A stretch of DNA of 56,460 bases from an uncultured Candidatus Saccharibacteria bacterium (lineage in GTDB: Bacteria; Patescibacteriota; Minisyncoccia; Portnoybacterales; UBA2143): the NCBI GenBank assembly GCA_964556655.1, contig CAZKWY010000002.1, positions 1 through 56,460 on the forward strand. Reading direction: 5' to 3'. Shown in pieces: positions 7,522 through 17,849 of the stretch (positions within the stretch are counted from its first letter, which is position 1; each line of letters opens with the position of its first letter). The translations under genes and the position numbers were made by a program. The notes beneath the pieces were generated by a model, which saw only the letters and a list, made by a program, of their open reading frames with translations, was not told where the DNA came from and ran no database searches.

Positions 7522-9303
7522 ATGGATGCTAACCCAGTAGATGAAATTAAAAATAGGCTAGATATCGTTGAGATAATTGGTGGTTATCTCAAACTTCAAA
7601 AAGCGGGGCGTAATTATAGAGCGCCTTGCCCTTTTCATTCTGAAAAAAGCCCTTCTTTTATGGTCTCGCCGGAGAGGCAAATGTGGAAATGTTTCGGCTG
7701 CGATAAAGGAGGAAGTATGTTTGATTTTATAATGGAAATAGAAGGCATTGATTTTGGCGACGCCTTGCGCATGCTTGCTCAAAGGGCTGGAGTGGAATTA
7801 AAAAAAGCAGATGGTCGCTTTTCCAACCAGATAAAAACAGAAAGAAACCGCCTTTATGAGATTTGTCAATTAGCTAGCCAATTTTTTTGCAAACAGCTTC
7901 AAGCAAGCCAAACAGGAAAAAAATTAAAAAAATATCTTACAGAAAGAGGAGTAAATGAAAAAACAATTGAAGAATGGCGTATTGGCTATGCGCCTGAAAA
8001 ATGGCAAAGCCTTGTTGCTTTTTTAAAGGGTCGTGGCTATCCGGAAGAAGAAGTAGTGAAAGCAGGCTTAGCTGTTAAAAGTGAACGGCGGTCAGGAAGT
8101 TATTATGATCGCTTCAGGGATCGGATAATTTTTCCCATTGCCAATATTAATGGGATAGTGGTAGGATTTGGCGGACGTGAAAACCCTTACCGCGCTGATG
8201 AACGAATGGGGAAGTATATTAATACGCCCAATACTTTAATTTATGACAAAAGTCAGCTTTTATACGGGCTGGACAAGGCTAAGGTGCCAATAAGAAAAAA
8301 CAATGCTTGTATTTTAGTTGAGGGCAATCTTGATGTCATTATGTCTCATCAGAGCGGCTCTGAACATACAGTGGCTGTTTCTGGCACAGCCCTTACCTAT
8401 AGCCAGCTAAGGATTATTAAAAGATATACGGATAATCTTCTCATTGCCTTTGACATGGACTTGGCAGGAGAAAACGCGGCAAAAAAGGGGATTGATTTAG
8501 CTCTAGAAGCTGACTTAAACACTAAAATTATTTCTCTTCCACAGGAGCAAGATCCTGCCGATTGTCTAAAGGAGGGCAAGGAGACTTGGCAAAAAGCCAT
8601 AGCAGGAGCGCAGGAAGTGGTAGCTTTTTATTTGTCTAGCGCCTTGGCCCGCTATGATCCTGAAACCGCAGAAGGGAAAAAAGTTATTAGCAAAACAGTT
8701 CTTCCTGTTATCAGAAAAATGCCTAACAGGGTAGAGCAAGCTCATTGGCTCCAAGAGACGGCGTGTCGGCTTAAAACTTCGGAAAAAATTCTGGCAGAGG
8801 AAATGAAAAAAACAAATGATTTTTCTTCTAGATCTTTTTCTAATAACCAATCTATTGCGAATGCATCAAGCAAGCTAGATTTGGAGGAATATACTTTGGG
8901 GCTTGTCCTGACTTATCCAGAAGCCATTAAGGAATATCAGAAAGAAACCTCTTCGCTTTTTAGTAAAAAAGAAATAGGAGAAATGTTTGAAGCAGTAAAA
9001 AGGATTTCTTCCTCCAGCCCTAAGAAAAAAAGCCAGCGCCAATCAAAGCTTATACTTTCCTCTCCTCTTAAAGAAAAAGCTGATGAAATTATGATGAAAA
9101 TGGAGACGCAGAATAATTTCAATAAAGATTTTTGCCCCATTAAAGAGGCTAAGTTCTGTTTTTGCCAGCTTAAAGATAGGCGCTTGCGCCAGCGTTTGAA
9201 TGAACTCAATCTGACCATTCGCCAAGCGGAGGAAAGAGAAGACAAGGAAAATCTTAAAAAATTAACCCAGGAATTTTACGAATTATCAAAACAGTGTAGC
9301 TAG
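7522..9303 (+). CDS. dnaG: DNA primase
   Basis: Zinc-ribbon CPFHSEKSPSFMVSPERQMWKCFGC and a TOPRIM region (ILVEGNLDVI, AFDMDLAG). Confidence 0.9.
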   Translation: MDANPVDEIKNRLDIVEIIGGYLKLQKAGRNYRAPCPFHSEKSPSFMVSPERQMWKCFGCDKGGSMFDFIMEIEGIDFGDALRMLAQRAGVELKKADGRFSNQIKTERNRLYEICQLASQFFCKQLQASQTGKKLKKYLTERGVNEKTIEEWRIGYAPEKWQSLVAFLKGRGYPEEEVVKAGLAVKSERRSGSYYDRFRDRIIFPIANINGIVVGFGGRENPYRADERMGKYINTPNTLIYDKSQLLYGLDKAKVPIRKNNACILVEGNLDVIMSHQSGSEHTVAVSGTALTYSQLRIIKRYTDNLLIAFDMDLAGENAAKKGIDLALEADLNTKIISLPQEQDPADCLKEGKETWQKAIAGAQEVVAFYLSSALARYDPETAEGKKVISKTVLPVIRKMPNRVEQAHWLQETACRLKTSEKILAEEMKKTNDFSSRSFSNNQSIANASSKLDLEEYTLGLVLTYPEAIKEYQKETSSLFSKKEIGEMFEAVKRISSSSPKKKSQRQSKLILSSPLKEKADEIMMKMETQNNFNKDFCPIKEAKFCFCQLKDRRLRQRLNELNLTIRQAEEREDKENLKKLTQEFYELSKQCS

Positions 9304-9327
9304 GCTTAATTAATAACTTTAACCAAT

Positions 9328-10569
9328 ATGCTTTCTAAAAATAAAACAGCGCGTTCTAAGCGCGCTTCATCTTCTAAAAGAGTCTCTTCGATAAAAATGA
9401 AAGCGGTTGGCGGAAGAGAAGCGACTTCCGCAAAAAAAGCCAAGAAAGGGCCTGTCTTAAAGAAGATTTCGCGGAGACGTTCTCTAAAAAAGACGCGCCA
9501 AAAAGCAGTGGAGGAAAAAATCAATGAGCTAGTTGAAAGAGGAAGGTCAAGAGGATTTATTAGCGAAACCGAAGTTTTATGCGCTTTTCCTAGGATAGAG
9601 CGTGATATAGAATCCCTAGAAGAACTTCACCGTCGCCTAAAAGAAAACAATATTGAGGTAGTAGAGTCAGTAGATTTTCTTGAAAAAGAATCGGAAGAAG
9701 ACGCTAAAAAGAAAAAGAAGGAAGCTCCTTTGCGCATGGATGTTTTTGACAATGTCCAGATGTACCTAAGGGAGATTGGCCGCATTCCCTTATTAAACGC
9801 GGCAGAAGAAATTAAGTTAGCCAAAAGCATTGAACAGGGCGACGAAGAGGCTAAGCAAAAATTAACTCAAGCCAATTTGCGGCTAGTAGTTAGTATTGCT
9901 AAAAAATATGTTAACCGAAGCAGGAATTTGACTTTGCTTGATTTGATTCAAGAAGGCAACATCGGCCTTTTCAAGGCAGTAGAAAAATTTGATTATCACA
10001 AGGGCTATAAGTTTTCCACTTATGCTACGTGGTGGATCCGGCAGGCTATTACGAGAGCGTTGGCTGATCAGGCACGTACTATTCGCATTCCTGTTCATAT
10101 GGTTGAGACGATTAGCAAATATACTCAAAAAAGACGTCAGTTGATCCAGGACTTAGGACGCGAGCCTTTACCAGAAGAAGTTGCCGCTGAGATGGGAGAG
10201 AGTGTAGAAAAGATTAGGCATATTATGAAAATTTCCCAGGAGACGATTTCTTTGGAATCGCCAATAGGAGATGATGATGAAGAAAGTAGCTTAGGAGAAT
10301 TTATTGAAGATAAAAAGACAATTTCTCCAGATCAAATTGCCGGGAGAAAGCTTTTGAGGGAAAGGATTAAAGAAATTTTAGTCGATCTTTCCCCTCGGGA
10401 GCAGAGGATTTTGGAAATGCGTTTCGGTCTTAAAGATGGGGTAACCCATACTCTAGAGGAAGTAGGCCAGGAGTTTGGAGTAACCAGAGAAAGAATACGC
10501 CAGATTGAAGCTAAAGCATTAGAAAGAATGCGCGAGCATGAAGGATCTAAAAAATTGAAAGGATACTAG
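9328..10569 (+). CDS. rpoD: RNA polymerase primary sigma factor (sigma-70)
   Basis: Region 2 reads [51 protein letters not shown]. Region 4 reads [24 protein letters not shown]. Confidence 0.9.
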   Translation: MLSKNKTARSKRASSSKRVSSIKMKAVGGREATSAKKAKKGPVLKKISRRRSLKKTRQKAVEEKINELVERGRSRGFISETEVLCAFPRIERDIESLEELHRRLKENNIEVVESVDFLEKESEEDAKKKKKEAPLRMDVFDNVQMYLREIGRIPLLNAAEEIKLAKSIEQGDEEAKQKLTQANLRLVVSIAKKYVNRSRNLTLLDLIQEGNIGLFKAVEKFDYHKGYKFSTYATWWIRQAITRALADQARTIRIPVHMVETISKYTQKRRQLIQDLGREPLPEEVAAEMGESVEKIRHIMKISQETISLESPIGDDDEESSLGEFIEDKKTISPDQIAGRKLLRERIKEILVDLSPREQRILEMRFGLKDGVTHTLEEVGQEFGVTRERIRQIEAKALERMREHEGSKKLKGY

Positions 10570-10580
10570 TTTAAAGACTA

Positions 10581-10618
10581 AAAGCTAGATAGAACCATTA
10601 ATAAACCTAGCTTTTTTT
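10581..10618 (+). terminator. Possible terminator after rpoD
   Basis: AAAGCTAG, an 18-nt loop, CTAGCTTT, then a T-run. The large loop makes this weak. Confidence 0.3.
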
Positions 10619-10622
10619 GGTA

Positions 10623-12212
10623 ATGGCCAGCCAAGATTATCATAATGCTAAAAGAATAATTGTGTTTGCTGTCGAAGCCGCAGTTGTTTTTTTAATGGGC
10701 CTAGGCCTGATTTCTCGAGAGGCTAGTCTCTTTCTGGCTGCCTTAATGGCTTTTTATTTTATTTTCAGCCCTTTGCGGGATGGCATCTGGCTTTTTATCG
10801 CTTCCATCCCTTTATTTGTCGCTTTGCCCATTAGCAAGGGCTTTGACACCTTAGCTAGTTGGCGTATTTTTTCTTTAATCCTTTTGCTGGTTTTATTCTA
10901 TCGCCGTCGTCTTTTATCTTATTACTTCAGTTATTGGAAAGAGATTATTAAAGAACACTATCAGAGGCGTAGTTTTGAATGTCTGTCTATAATTTTTCTC
11001 GCTTTTGCTTTTTTTTCCTTGTTAGTGGCAGAAGATCTTTTAGCAGGAATTAAAAAAATAATTTTTTTGCTCAATGCCTTTTTTATCTACTTTATTATTA
11101 AAAAAGCAGGGGAGAAAGATCGAAGCGTTTTAAGGGAAGTGCTTAGCGGAGCTAAGACAGCTATCGCATTTGTTCTCGGCGTGGGGCTGGCCCAATTTAT
11201 TACAGTTTTTATTGTCCCCTTAAGTGTTTTTTGGAATTTTTGGGACAGTAATTTTATTCCTGTTTTTTACGGAGAAAAGCTTGGCTGGCTTTTATCTTAC
11301 AGCAATACTTGGTTTTCCTATTATCCCTATTTGCCAGCTACTTTAAGGATGTTTTCGGTTTTCCCAGACTCTCATTCTTTTGCTCTTTTTTGCGTTTTGT
11401 CCCTCCCTTTTTTGTTGTGGTTTATCTTCAGAAAAAAAAGGGGGGGCCGCAAAAAAGTTTTCTTTTTGTATTTAACTCTTCTCTTTTGCCTTTCGGCGAT
11501 TATTTTTTCCGGTTCGCGCGGCGTTTGGGTGGGTGGAATAGGAAGTTTTTTCGCTCTTTTGCTTCTCTTGTTCGCCAATTGGTCGCCTGCCCTTAAGAAA
11601 GCAACTAGCTTCTTTATTCCTTTGAAAAAGCGGGCGTGGCGGAGGCAAATGATGGCTATGGCAGGGGTAATAATCATCTTTTTTCTTCTCTTTCCTGTTG
11701 CTTCGCGCGTTCTTTTATTGTCTCAACAAGTCCAGATGGAAAGTGAACTTGATTTAGGCAAAGCTTCTTTATTTAGAAGAGCTAGAAGCATTTTTCAACT
11801 TGATGAAGCATCTATTAAAGGACGACTAGAGATCTGGCAACGAACGGCCGATTCTATTGCCATGCGTCCTCTTCTAGGAGTGGGGATAGGCAACTATCCT
11901 ATTGTCTTAAAAGAAGGAATTTCTTCTGCCGAAAGAGGCGCTTCAGCGCATAGTCTTTATTTAGACATAGCTGCTGAAATGGGAATTTTTTCTTTGCTTA
12001 TTATGTTGGCTCTTTTTTGGCAGATTTTTAAGGATGCTTGGGAGAAATTTACTAGAAGTCACCGTTCTTTTTTTAGAATTTGGACTGGTTTTTTTGTTCT
12101 TGCTTTGATATGGCTTTTAGGATATAGTGTATTTGATGTTGTTTTATTAAACGACAAGGTGCTTTTATTTTTTGCGGCCAGTCTATCAATCTTATATTTC
12201 CCTAAACGATGA
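10623..12212 (+). CDS. O-antigen ligase/polymerase-like (Wzy_C family) membrane protein
   Basis: Has 10 or more TM helices, an FSGSRGVWVG motif, and a periplasmic loop with GVGIGNY. The ATG at 10623 is preferred over the track's TTG at 10617. Confidence 0.7.
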   Translation: MASQDYHNAKRIIVFAVEAAVVFLMGLGLISREASLFLAALMAFYFIFSPLRDGIWLFIASIPLFVALPISKGFDTLASWRIFSLILLLVLFYRRRLLSYYFSYWKEIIKEHYQRRSFECLSIIFLAFAFFSLLVAEDLLAGIKKIIFLLNAFFIYFIIKKAGEKDRSVLREVLSGAKTAIAFVLGVGLAQFITVFIVPLSVFWNFWDSNFIPVFYGEKLGWLLSYSNTWFSYYPYLPATLRMFSVFPDSHSFALFCVLSLPFLLWFIFRKKRGGRKKVFFLYLTLLFCLSAIIFSGSRGVWVGGIGSFFALLLLLFANWSPALKKATSFFIPLKKRAWRRQMMAMAGVIIIFFLLFPVASRVLLLSQQVQMESELDLGKASLFRRARSIFQLDEASIKGRLEIWQRTADSIAMRPLLGVGIGNYPIVLKEGISSAERGASAHSLYLDIAAEMGIFSLLIMLALFWQIFKDAWEKFTRSHRSFFRIWTGFFVLALIWLLGYSVFDVVLLNDKVLLFFAASLSILYFPKR

Positions 12213-13258
12213 TTCCTTTAGTTTCGATCAGCTTATTAGCTTATAACGGAAAAAAATATTTGAAGGATTGTTTAAACTCGGTTTGTAGTCAGAGCTATAA
12301 AGAAATAGAATTGATTGTTATCGATAATGATTCCAGCGATGGGACAAAAGAAATAGTCAAAAAAATTTCTTTTGGCGGTCCTTTAATTAAAGTTTTTAAT
12401 CAAAAAAACCTTGGTTTTTCGGCTGGCCATAATCAGGCGATTAAAAAGGCTAAGGGAAAATATATTCTTTGTCTCAATCAGGATGTTTTTTTAGACAAAT
12501 ATTTCATCCAAAAAGCGGTGGAAACTATGGAAAAAGATGATAAAATCGCGTCGGTCCAAGGCAAGCTTTTGCGCTGGACAAACGATCTGCCGGTTTTTAG
12601 AGGATACACTGATTATCATATTTCTCATATTATTGATACTACCGGCCTGGAAATGTTAAAAAACCGTCGTATTATTAATAGGCGGCAGGGAGAAATAGAT
12701 AGCCAGGAGCAAGAGGAAGCAATAGAAGAAATTTTTGGCGCTGATGGCGCGGCTCCTCTTTATCGTCGAGAAGCGCTGGAAAGCATTAAGATATCTTTAA
12801 AAGAAACGGAGCAAGAAGAATATTTTGACGAAGATTTTTTTTGCTATAAAGAAGATGTGGATTTGGCTTGGCGTTTGCGTCTTTACGGATGGAAATCTAT
12901 TTATCAGCCTGCTGCCTTAGGCTGGCATGCTCGCACAGCAGGAGAAAGCGCAAGCAGAAAATATTTTAGTATCATTAGAGAGCGTTTAAAAATAAATCCT
13001 TTTGGCAAATATCATGCTTTTAGAAATCAAAGGTTGATGCAGGTCAAAAACGAACAAATAGGCCTTTTGGCAAGGCATTTCCCCCGGCTAGCAGTTAAAG
13101 AAATGGGTTCTTGGTTTTTCGTTCTTGTTTTTGAAAAATATACTTGGCGGGCAATAAAAGAGTTTTTTCAGCTTTTACCTCAAGCTCTTCAAAAAAGAAA
13201 GATTATTATGGCAAAAAAAATAGCTTCAACCGAAGAAATGAAACAATGGTTTAAGTAA
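12209..13258 (+). CDS. Glycosyltransferase family 2
   Basis: VSISLLAYNGKKYLKDCLNSV..ELIVIDNDSSDGT is a typical GT2 N-terminus with DxD. An ATGA overlap links it to the upstream gene. Confidence 0.8.
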   Translation: MIPLVSISLLAYNGKKYLKDCLNSVCSQSYKEIELIVIDNDSSDGTKEIVKKISFGGPLIKVFNQKNLGFSAGHNQAIKKAKGKYILCLNQDVFLDKYFIQKAVETMEKDDKIASVQGKLLRWTNDLPVFRGYTDYHISHIIDTTGLEMLKNRRIINRRQGEIDSQEQEEAIEEIFGADGAAPLYRREALESIKISLKETEQEEYFDEDFFCYKEDVDLAWRLRLYGWKSIYQPAALGWHARTAGESASRKYFSIIRERLKINPFGKYHAFRNQRLMQVKNEQIGLLARHFPRLAVKEMGSWFFVLVFEKYTWRAIKEFFQLLPQALQKRKIIMAKKIASTEEMKQWFK

Positions 13259-13259
13259 T

Positions 13260-14285
13260 ATGGAGGAACAAGTAAAGACAAAAAAGAAAAAATATTTTTG
13301 GTGGTTATTAGTAATTGTTTTTTTGGTCGGTTTTTTTGGCCTCTTTTTTTTAAAGACTGGCTTTACTATTAGCAATGTCGCTGGTTGGAGCCAGCAGGCT
13401 GGAATTCTGCCTTTTAACAAGAATTTGCCTGATTTGCCGAAAGATAATCCTGATCGCCTTAACATTCTTCTTTTGGGCATGAGAGGAACTAATGAACCTG
13501 GCGACGGAAAGCTTCTTTCCGACGCCATTATTCTTGCTTCTGTCAAGAAAAGCACCGGTCAGACTGCTTTGATTTCTTTTCCTCGCGATCTCTATGCGCG
13601 AATATGGTGTTCTGATGAGGAAAAAAAGATTAATTTTGCTTTTGCTCAAGGAGGGCTAGCATGCGCCAAAAACACGGTCTCTCTTATTAGTGGACTTTAC
13701 ATTGATCACGCTGTTAGCATTAACTTTAGCGGCCTTGTCGAGCTTGTTGATGCTATGGGAGGGATAGATATTTATCTGCCTGAACCGTTTGAGGAGAGCT
13801 TCCAGTGGGCTAAGGAGGGCTGGGAAGAAAACGATTACTGGTTTGTTAAAGAAATAGAGGGAAAAGAGAGATGGGTTTTCCATATTGCTACCGGTACTAA
13901 CCACCTAGACGGTCAAACAGTTCTTTACTATGTTCGTTCTCGCTATTCTACTAATGATTTTGACAGGATGAGAAGGCAGCAACAATTTCTTATGGCCCTT
14001 AAAGAAAAGATGCTTTCTTTAAATGTCTTGGCTAATCCGGTAAAAGTTTATAATCTTTTGGATATTTTAGGCAATAATGTCAGAACCGACATGAACGTGT
14101 CTGAAATAGGGAATATGATTATTTCATCTTCAGAATGGGAGAAAGAGAAAGTAAAAAAACTTTCTTTTGACACCAGCGCGCAGGGCTTTCTTTATCATAC
14201 TTTTATTAATGAGGAATATGTTCTTTTGCCTGTAGGCGATAATTTTAGTAAAATACAACAGGCTTGCAAAAATATTTTTGAGTAA
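13260..14285 (+). CDS. LytR-CpsA-Psr (LCP) family cell-envelope glycopolymer transferase
   Basis: N-terminal TM anchor. Also NILLLGMRG..DAIILASV..ISFPRDLY..GGIDIY and an RSRYS..DFDRMRRQQ pattern. Confidence 0.8.
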   Translation: MEEQVKTKKKKYFWWLLVIVFLVGFFGLFFLKTGFTISNVAGWSQQAGILPFNKNLPDLPKDNPDRLNILLLGMRGTNEPGDGKLLSDAIILASVKKSTGQTALISFPRDLYARIWCSDEEKKINFAFAQGGLACAKNTVSLISGLYIDHAVSINFSGLVELVDAMGGIDIYLPEPFEESFQWAKEGWEENDYWFVKEIEGKERWVFHIATGTNHLDGQTVLYYVRSRYSTNDFDRMRRQQQFLMALKEKMLSLNVLANPVKVYNLLDILGNNVRTDMNVSEIGNMIISSSEWEKEKVKKLSFDTSAQGFLYHTFINEEYVLLPVGDNFSKIQQACKNIFE

Positions 14286-14299
14286 TCTGGAATAAAAAC

Positions 14300-15118
14300 A
14301 TGCTTTCTATTATTGTTAGTCATTACAAAAGTCCTATTTTATTAAAGCTTTGCCTGCAGTCGATAAAGGAGAATGTAACTTTTTCCGATTACGAGATTAT
14401 TGTCGCTGACAGCGAAGCTCAGTCCAATACCAGAGAAATGCTGGAAGATTATTTTAAGACATGGCTTTCAGAGCAAGCAAAAGAAGGACAAATAAGATAC
14501 CTTCCTTTTGCTGAAAATCTTGGTTATGCTAAGATAGTTAATAGAGCCATTAAAAGGGCGCGTGGAGAATATTTTCTGGTTATTAACGCCGATATCATTG
14601 TTCTCAAGCATGCGACCAAAAGACTGATGGACTATCTTAAAGAAAATCCCGATGTTGGCGTTGTTGCTCCCAGTCTTCTTACTTTTAGCAACCAAGGACA
14701 AATTTCCGCTTTTCATCATCCAAACCTCAAAGCTTTTTTGGCTAGAAGGACTGTCTTGGGCAAAACAGAATGGGGAAAAAGAGTGTTGACGCAGTTCCAA
14801 ATACCAATTAGCGACAAAGAAGCCCAAGAAGTAGACTGGGTCCAAGGATCAGCCATGATGGTAAAAAAAGACGCTGTTAATAAGGTTGGTCTTTTGGACG
14901 AAAGATTTTTTATGTATCTTGAGGATGCTGATTGGTGTCGTCGTTTTTGGAAAAATGATTATCGGGTAGTTTATCTGCCTTTCGCCCAGATGTCGCATTA
15001 TTATCATAGAAAAAGCAAAAGATGGGGACAGCTGTTAGATCCCTTTTTAAACAAGGCAACCCGCTGGCATATTAGAAGTGCCTTTAAGTACTTTTGGAAG
15101 TGGCGCGGGACTGCTTAA
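14300..15118 (+). CDS. Glycosyltransferase family 2
   Basis: LSIIVSHYKSP..YEIIVADSEAQ plus the later YLEDADWCRR motif typical of GT2 enzymes. Confidence 0.8.
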   Translation: MLSIIVSHYKSPILLKLCLQSIKENVTFSDYEIIVADSEAQSNTREMLEDYFKTWLSEQAKEGQIRYLPFAENLGYAKIVNRAIKRARGEYFLVINADIIVLKHATKRLMDYLKENPDVGVVAPSLLTFSNQGQISAFHHPNLKAFLARRTVLGKTEWGKRVLTQFQIPISDKEAQEVDWVQGSAMMVKKDAVNKVGLLDERFFMYLEDADWCRRFWKNDYRVVYLPFAQMSHYYHRKSKRWGQLLDPFLNKATRWHIRSAFKYFWKWRGTA

Positions 15119-15137
15119 TTATTTTACTGGCTAAATT

Positions 15138-16331
15138 ATGAAGAAAAAAATTTTAATTCCTGTTTTTATTGCTTTAGTGGGGATAGTTTTTGGTTCAGGT
15201 TATTTTATCGGCCAGAATGCTCGTCCTGCTGTTGAAAAGATTACCAGTTTAGAGAATAAAGAATTAGATAAGCCGCAAGCAGTTGATTTTAGCTCTTTTT
15301 GGAATGCTTGGCATCTTGTTGAACAAGAATATGTCGATAGAGATGAGCTTGATTACGAAAAAATGGTCTACGGATCAATTAGCGGATTAGTCAATTCTTT
15401 AGGTGATCCTTATTCTGTTTTTATGGAGCCAAAGGAAAGCAAGAAATTTATGGATGATATGAGCGGCAGTTTTGAGGGCATTGGCGCTGAAGTAGGAATA
15501 CGTCAAGGAGTGCTGACTATTATTTCGCCTCTCGAAGGCAATCCAGCCCAAGAGGCAGGTATTAAGTCAGGCGATAAAATTATTAAGGTAGACGATACGT
15601 TGACGACAGATTTAAGTTTAGACGAAGCGGTCAGCTTGATTAGAGGACCACGAGGCACTGAAGTGAGGCTTCTTATTATGAGAGAAAACTGGGAGGAAGC
15701 AAGAGAGATTAAAGTCGTCAGAGACACAATTAAAATTCCTATTATTGAATGGTCATATCGCGAAAATAATATTGCCTATGTCCAGCTTTATCATTTTACA
15801 GAGAATTCTTCGGCGGAATTTGCTCGCATTGCTAACCAGATAGCCAGCAAAGACGCTCAAGGCATAGTCCTGGATTTAAGAGACAACCCCGGAGGATATC
15901 TAAACGCTGCCGTTAACATCGCTAGCTGGTATTTGCCAAAGGGCGATCCGGTAGTATTGGAAGATTTTGGCAATGATGATAAAAAAGCGTATAAAAGCCA
16001 AGGATATATGAAATTAGCTGACGTTCCTACCGTTATTCTAATTAATCAGGGATCAGCTTCAGCCTCAGAGATTGTTGCCGGCGCTCTTAGGGATTTGGAT
16101 AATGTTTGGATAGTGGGAGAAAGAAGCTTTGGCAAGGGATCAGTCCAGCAACTAGAAGAAATGCTTGACGGGTCCAGCATCAAGTTAACTGTGGCTAAAT
16201 GGCTGACTCCTTCGGGAGTAAGCATTTCAGAAGAGGGGATTGAGCCTGATATCGAAGCAAAAATAACCGAAGAGGATATTGATAATATGCGTGATCCTCA
16301 ATTGGACAAGGCGATAGAAGTCTTAGAATAG
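15138..16331 (+). CDS. Carboxyl-terminal processing protease (peptidase S41) with PDZ domain
   Basis: GIGAEVG..SPLEGNPAQEAGIKSGDKIIKVD (PDZ), LDLRDNPGG, and GSASASEIVAGAL. Confidence 0.85.
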   Translation: MKKKILIPVFIALVGIVFGSGYFIGQNARPAVEKITSLENKELDKPQAVDFSSFWNAWHLVEQEYVDRDELDYEKMVYGSISGLVNSLGDPYSVFMEPKESKKFMDDMSGSFEGIGAEVGIRQGVLTIISPLEGNPAQEAGIKSGDKIIKVDDTLTTDLSLDEAVSLIRGPRGTEVRLLIMRENWEEAREIKVVRDTIKIPIIEWSYRENNIAYVQLYHFTENSSAEFARIANQIASKDAQGIVLDLRDNPGGYLNAAVNIASWYLPKGDPVVLEDFGNDDKKAYKSQGYMKLADVPTVILINQGSASASEIVAGALRDLDNVWIVGERSFGKGSVQQLEEMLDGSSIKLTVAKWLTPSGVSISEEGIEPDIEAKITEEDIDNMRDPQLDKAIEVLE

Positions 16332-16342
16332 GCATCAACTTT

Positions 16343-16618
16343 ATGAAGGAACAAGTGCGTTTAGTAGTTAGCGGAAGAGTGCAAGGAGTTTTTTTTCGTG
16401 ATTCAGCAAGAAGAAAGGCAAAAAAGATAGGTTTAGTGGGATGGGTGATGAATCAGGAAGACGGTACAGTTAAAATTATGGCCGAGGGAGAAAAAGACAA
16501 ACTGGAAGAATTTATCCAGTGGTGCTATAATGGTCCTATTATGGCAAAAGTAGATAAGGTAAAAGAAGAATGGAAGACGGCTCAAGAAAAATTTGATAAA
16601 TTTGAGATTAGGCATTGA
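16343..16618 (+). CDS. acyP: Acylphosphatase
   Basis: VSGRVQGVFFRDSARRKAKKIGLVGWVMNQEDGTVKIMAEG signature in a 91-aa protein. Confidence 0.8.
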   Translation: MKEQVRLVVSGRVQGVFFRDSARRKAKKIGLVGWVMNQEDGTVKIMAEGEKDKLEEFIQWCYNGPIMAKVDKVKEEWKTAQEKFDKFEIRH

Positions 16619-16645
16619 GCAATAAACATAACCTCAAAGCAATAT

Positions 16646-17089
16646 ATGAAAGTAATCTTAACTAAAGATATTACCAATATAGGCAAAAAAGGAGAAGTCA
16701 AAAAAATCGCTGACGGCTATGGAAGAAATTTTTTAATTCCTAAAAAGATGGCTGTTTTAGCGACGCAGTTAGAAATCGCTAAAGCCGAGGAACAGCAAAA
16801 AATAGAGGCGCAGAAATCAGAAGAAGAGCTTCAATGTTTTCAAGAAATGGCCAGCCAGCTGGACGGGCTAGAAATAGAAATAGCGGAAAAAGCGGGTGAA
16901 GATAATAAATTTTTTGGCGCAATTAATGTTTCTAAAATAGCTTCTAAATTAAAAAATCTCGGTTTTGAAGTAGACAAAAAATGCGTTAAATTAGAAGAAC
17001 CGATTAAGGAATTAGGCGAGTACGAGGTCCGTTTGGAATTGCCTCATAATTTAGAAGCGTTTATCAAAATTATTGCTGTAGAGGAATAA
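16646..17089 (+). CDS. rplI: 50S ribosomal protein L9
   Basis: MKVILTKDITNIGKKGEVKKIADGYGRNFLIPKKMA is the canonical L9 N-terminus. Confidence 0.9.
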   Translation: MKVILTKDITNIGKKGEVKKIADGYGRNFLIPKKMAVLATQLEIAKAEEQQKIEAQKSEEELQCFQEMASQLDGLEIEIAEKAGEDNKFFGAINVSKIASKLKNLGFEVDKKCVKLEEPIKELGEYEVRLELPHNLEAFIKIIAVEE

Positions 17090-17093
17090 AAAA

Positions 17094-17122
17094 CAGCAGC
17101 CTTCTTCGGCTGCTGTTTTTTT
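17094..17122. terminator. Bidirectional rho-independent terminator between convergent rplI and rpmA
   Basis: CAGCAGCC-TTCTTC-GGCTGCTG stem-loop with an A-run before it and TTTTTTT after it. Confidence 0.65.
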
Positions 17123-17131
17123 ATCGAAAAG

Positions 17132-17404
17132 CTATTTTACATGAACAACTTTAGCTGTTCTAGAGGAGCCGTCAAATCGCCTCATTCTTTTAGCGGTAAA
17201 GCTAACCACCCCTTCTTTTAGGGCGTAGATGGTATTGTCTTTGCCTTGCCGGACGTTATTGCCGACTAGAAATTTGCTTCCTCTTTGCCGAACAATAATA
17301 GAGCCGCATTTAGCTTTTTGCCCTCCAAAAAGTTTGACGCCGAGGTATTTAGGCTGAGAATCTCTGCCTAAGCTAGTTGTTCCAGCTGATTTAGTTTTGC
17401 TCAT
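17132..17404 (-). CDS. rpmA: 50S ribosomal protein L27
   Basis: KSAGTTSLGRDSQPKYLGVKLFGGQ..IIVRQRGSKF..GNNVRQGKDNTIYA matches the L27 signature. Confidence 0.9.
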   Translation of the reverse strand: MSKTKSAGTTSLGRDSQPKYLGVKLFGGQKAKCGSIIVRQRGSKFLVGNNVRQGKDNTIYALKEGVVSFTAKRMRRFDGSSRTAKVVHVK

Positions 17405-17450
17405 AAAGATTATTTTATAAAATTATTATCTTTCGGTCAAGGGAAAAAGC

Positions 17451-17849
17451 ATGCTGAAAAAGAGCGAAAAGATTAGTTTCTGGCTGGCAAAAATCAAAGC
17501 AAGGGAAACAGATTTAATTTTTGTTGCCGTGGTCGTCTTAACGGCGCTGTTAAGTTTTAGCTTTGGTCGATGGAGCGCTGATCGGCCGGAGAAAGGAGAG
17601 ATTATTATCCAGAATCCTTTGCCTGCTTCTGTCCAAACAACATCGCGGCAAGAAGATGTTTTATTAAATTCGCCAGAAAAAGAAAAAAGGTTTGTCGGCA
17701 GTATTAATAGCAATAAATATCATCATCCAGAATGTCCTTGGGGACGAAGAATAGCGCCTGAAAACCAAATTTGGTTTTCTTCCGAAGAAGAAGCGAAAGC
17801 AGCCGGTTATGTCAGATGCGGTAATTTTGATAAATATTTTTCTCCCTAA
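17451..17849 (+). CDS. Membrane-anchored protein with C-terminal Ada-like metal-binding motif
   Basis: One TM helix (LIFVAVVVLTALLSF). The C-terminus KYHHPECPWGRRIAPENQIWFSSEEEAKAAGYVRCGNF resembles the YHxxxC..F.s.eeA...GyrpC motif. That family assignment is from memory only. Confidence 0.5.
   Translation: MLKKSEKISFWLAKIKARETDLIFVAVVVLTALLSFSFGRWSADRPEKGEIIIQNPLPASVQTTSRQEDVLLNSPEKEKRFVGSINSNKYHHPECPWGRRIAPENQIWFSSEEEAKAAGYVRCGNFDKYFSP

Noticed and set aside
17132-17404. rpmA (L27) unlinked from rplU (L21, 49978-50304), and dnaJ unlinked from dnaK, as a sign of rearrangement
   Set aside because: The observation is real, but operon fragmentation is unremarkable on its own. Without comparison genomes it supports no specific claim.
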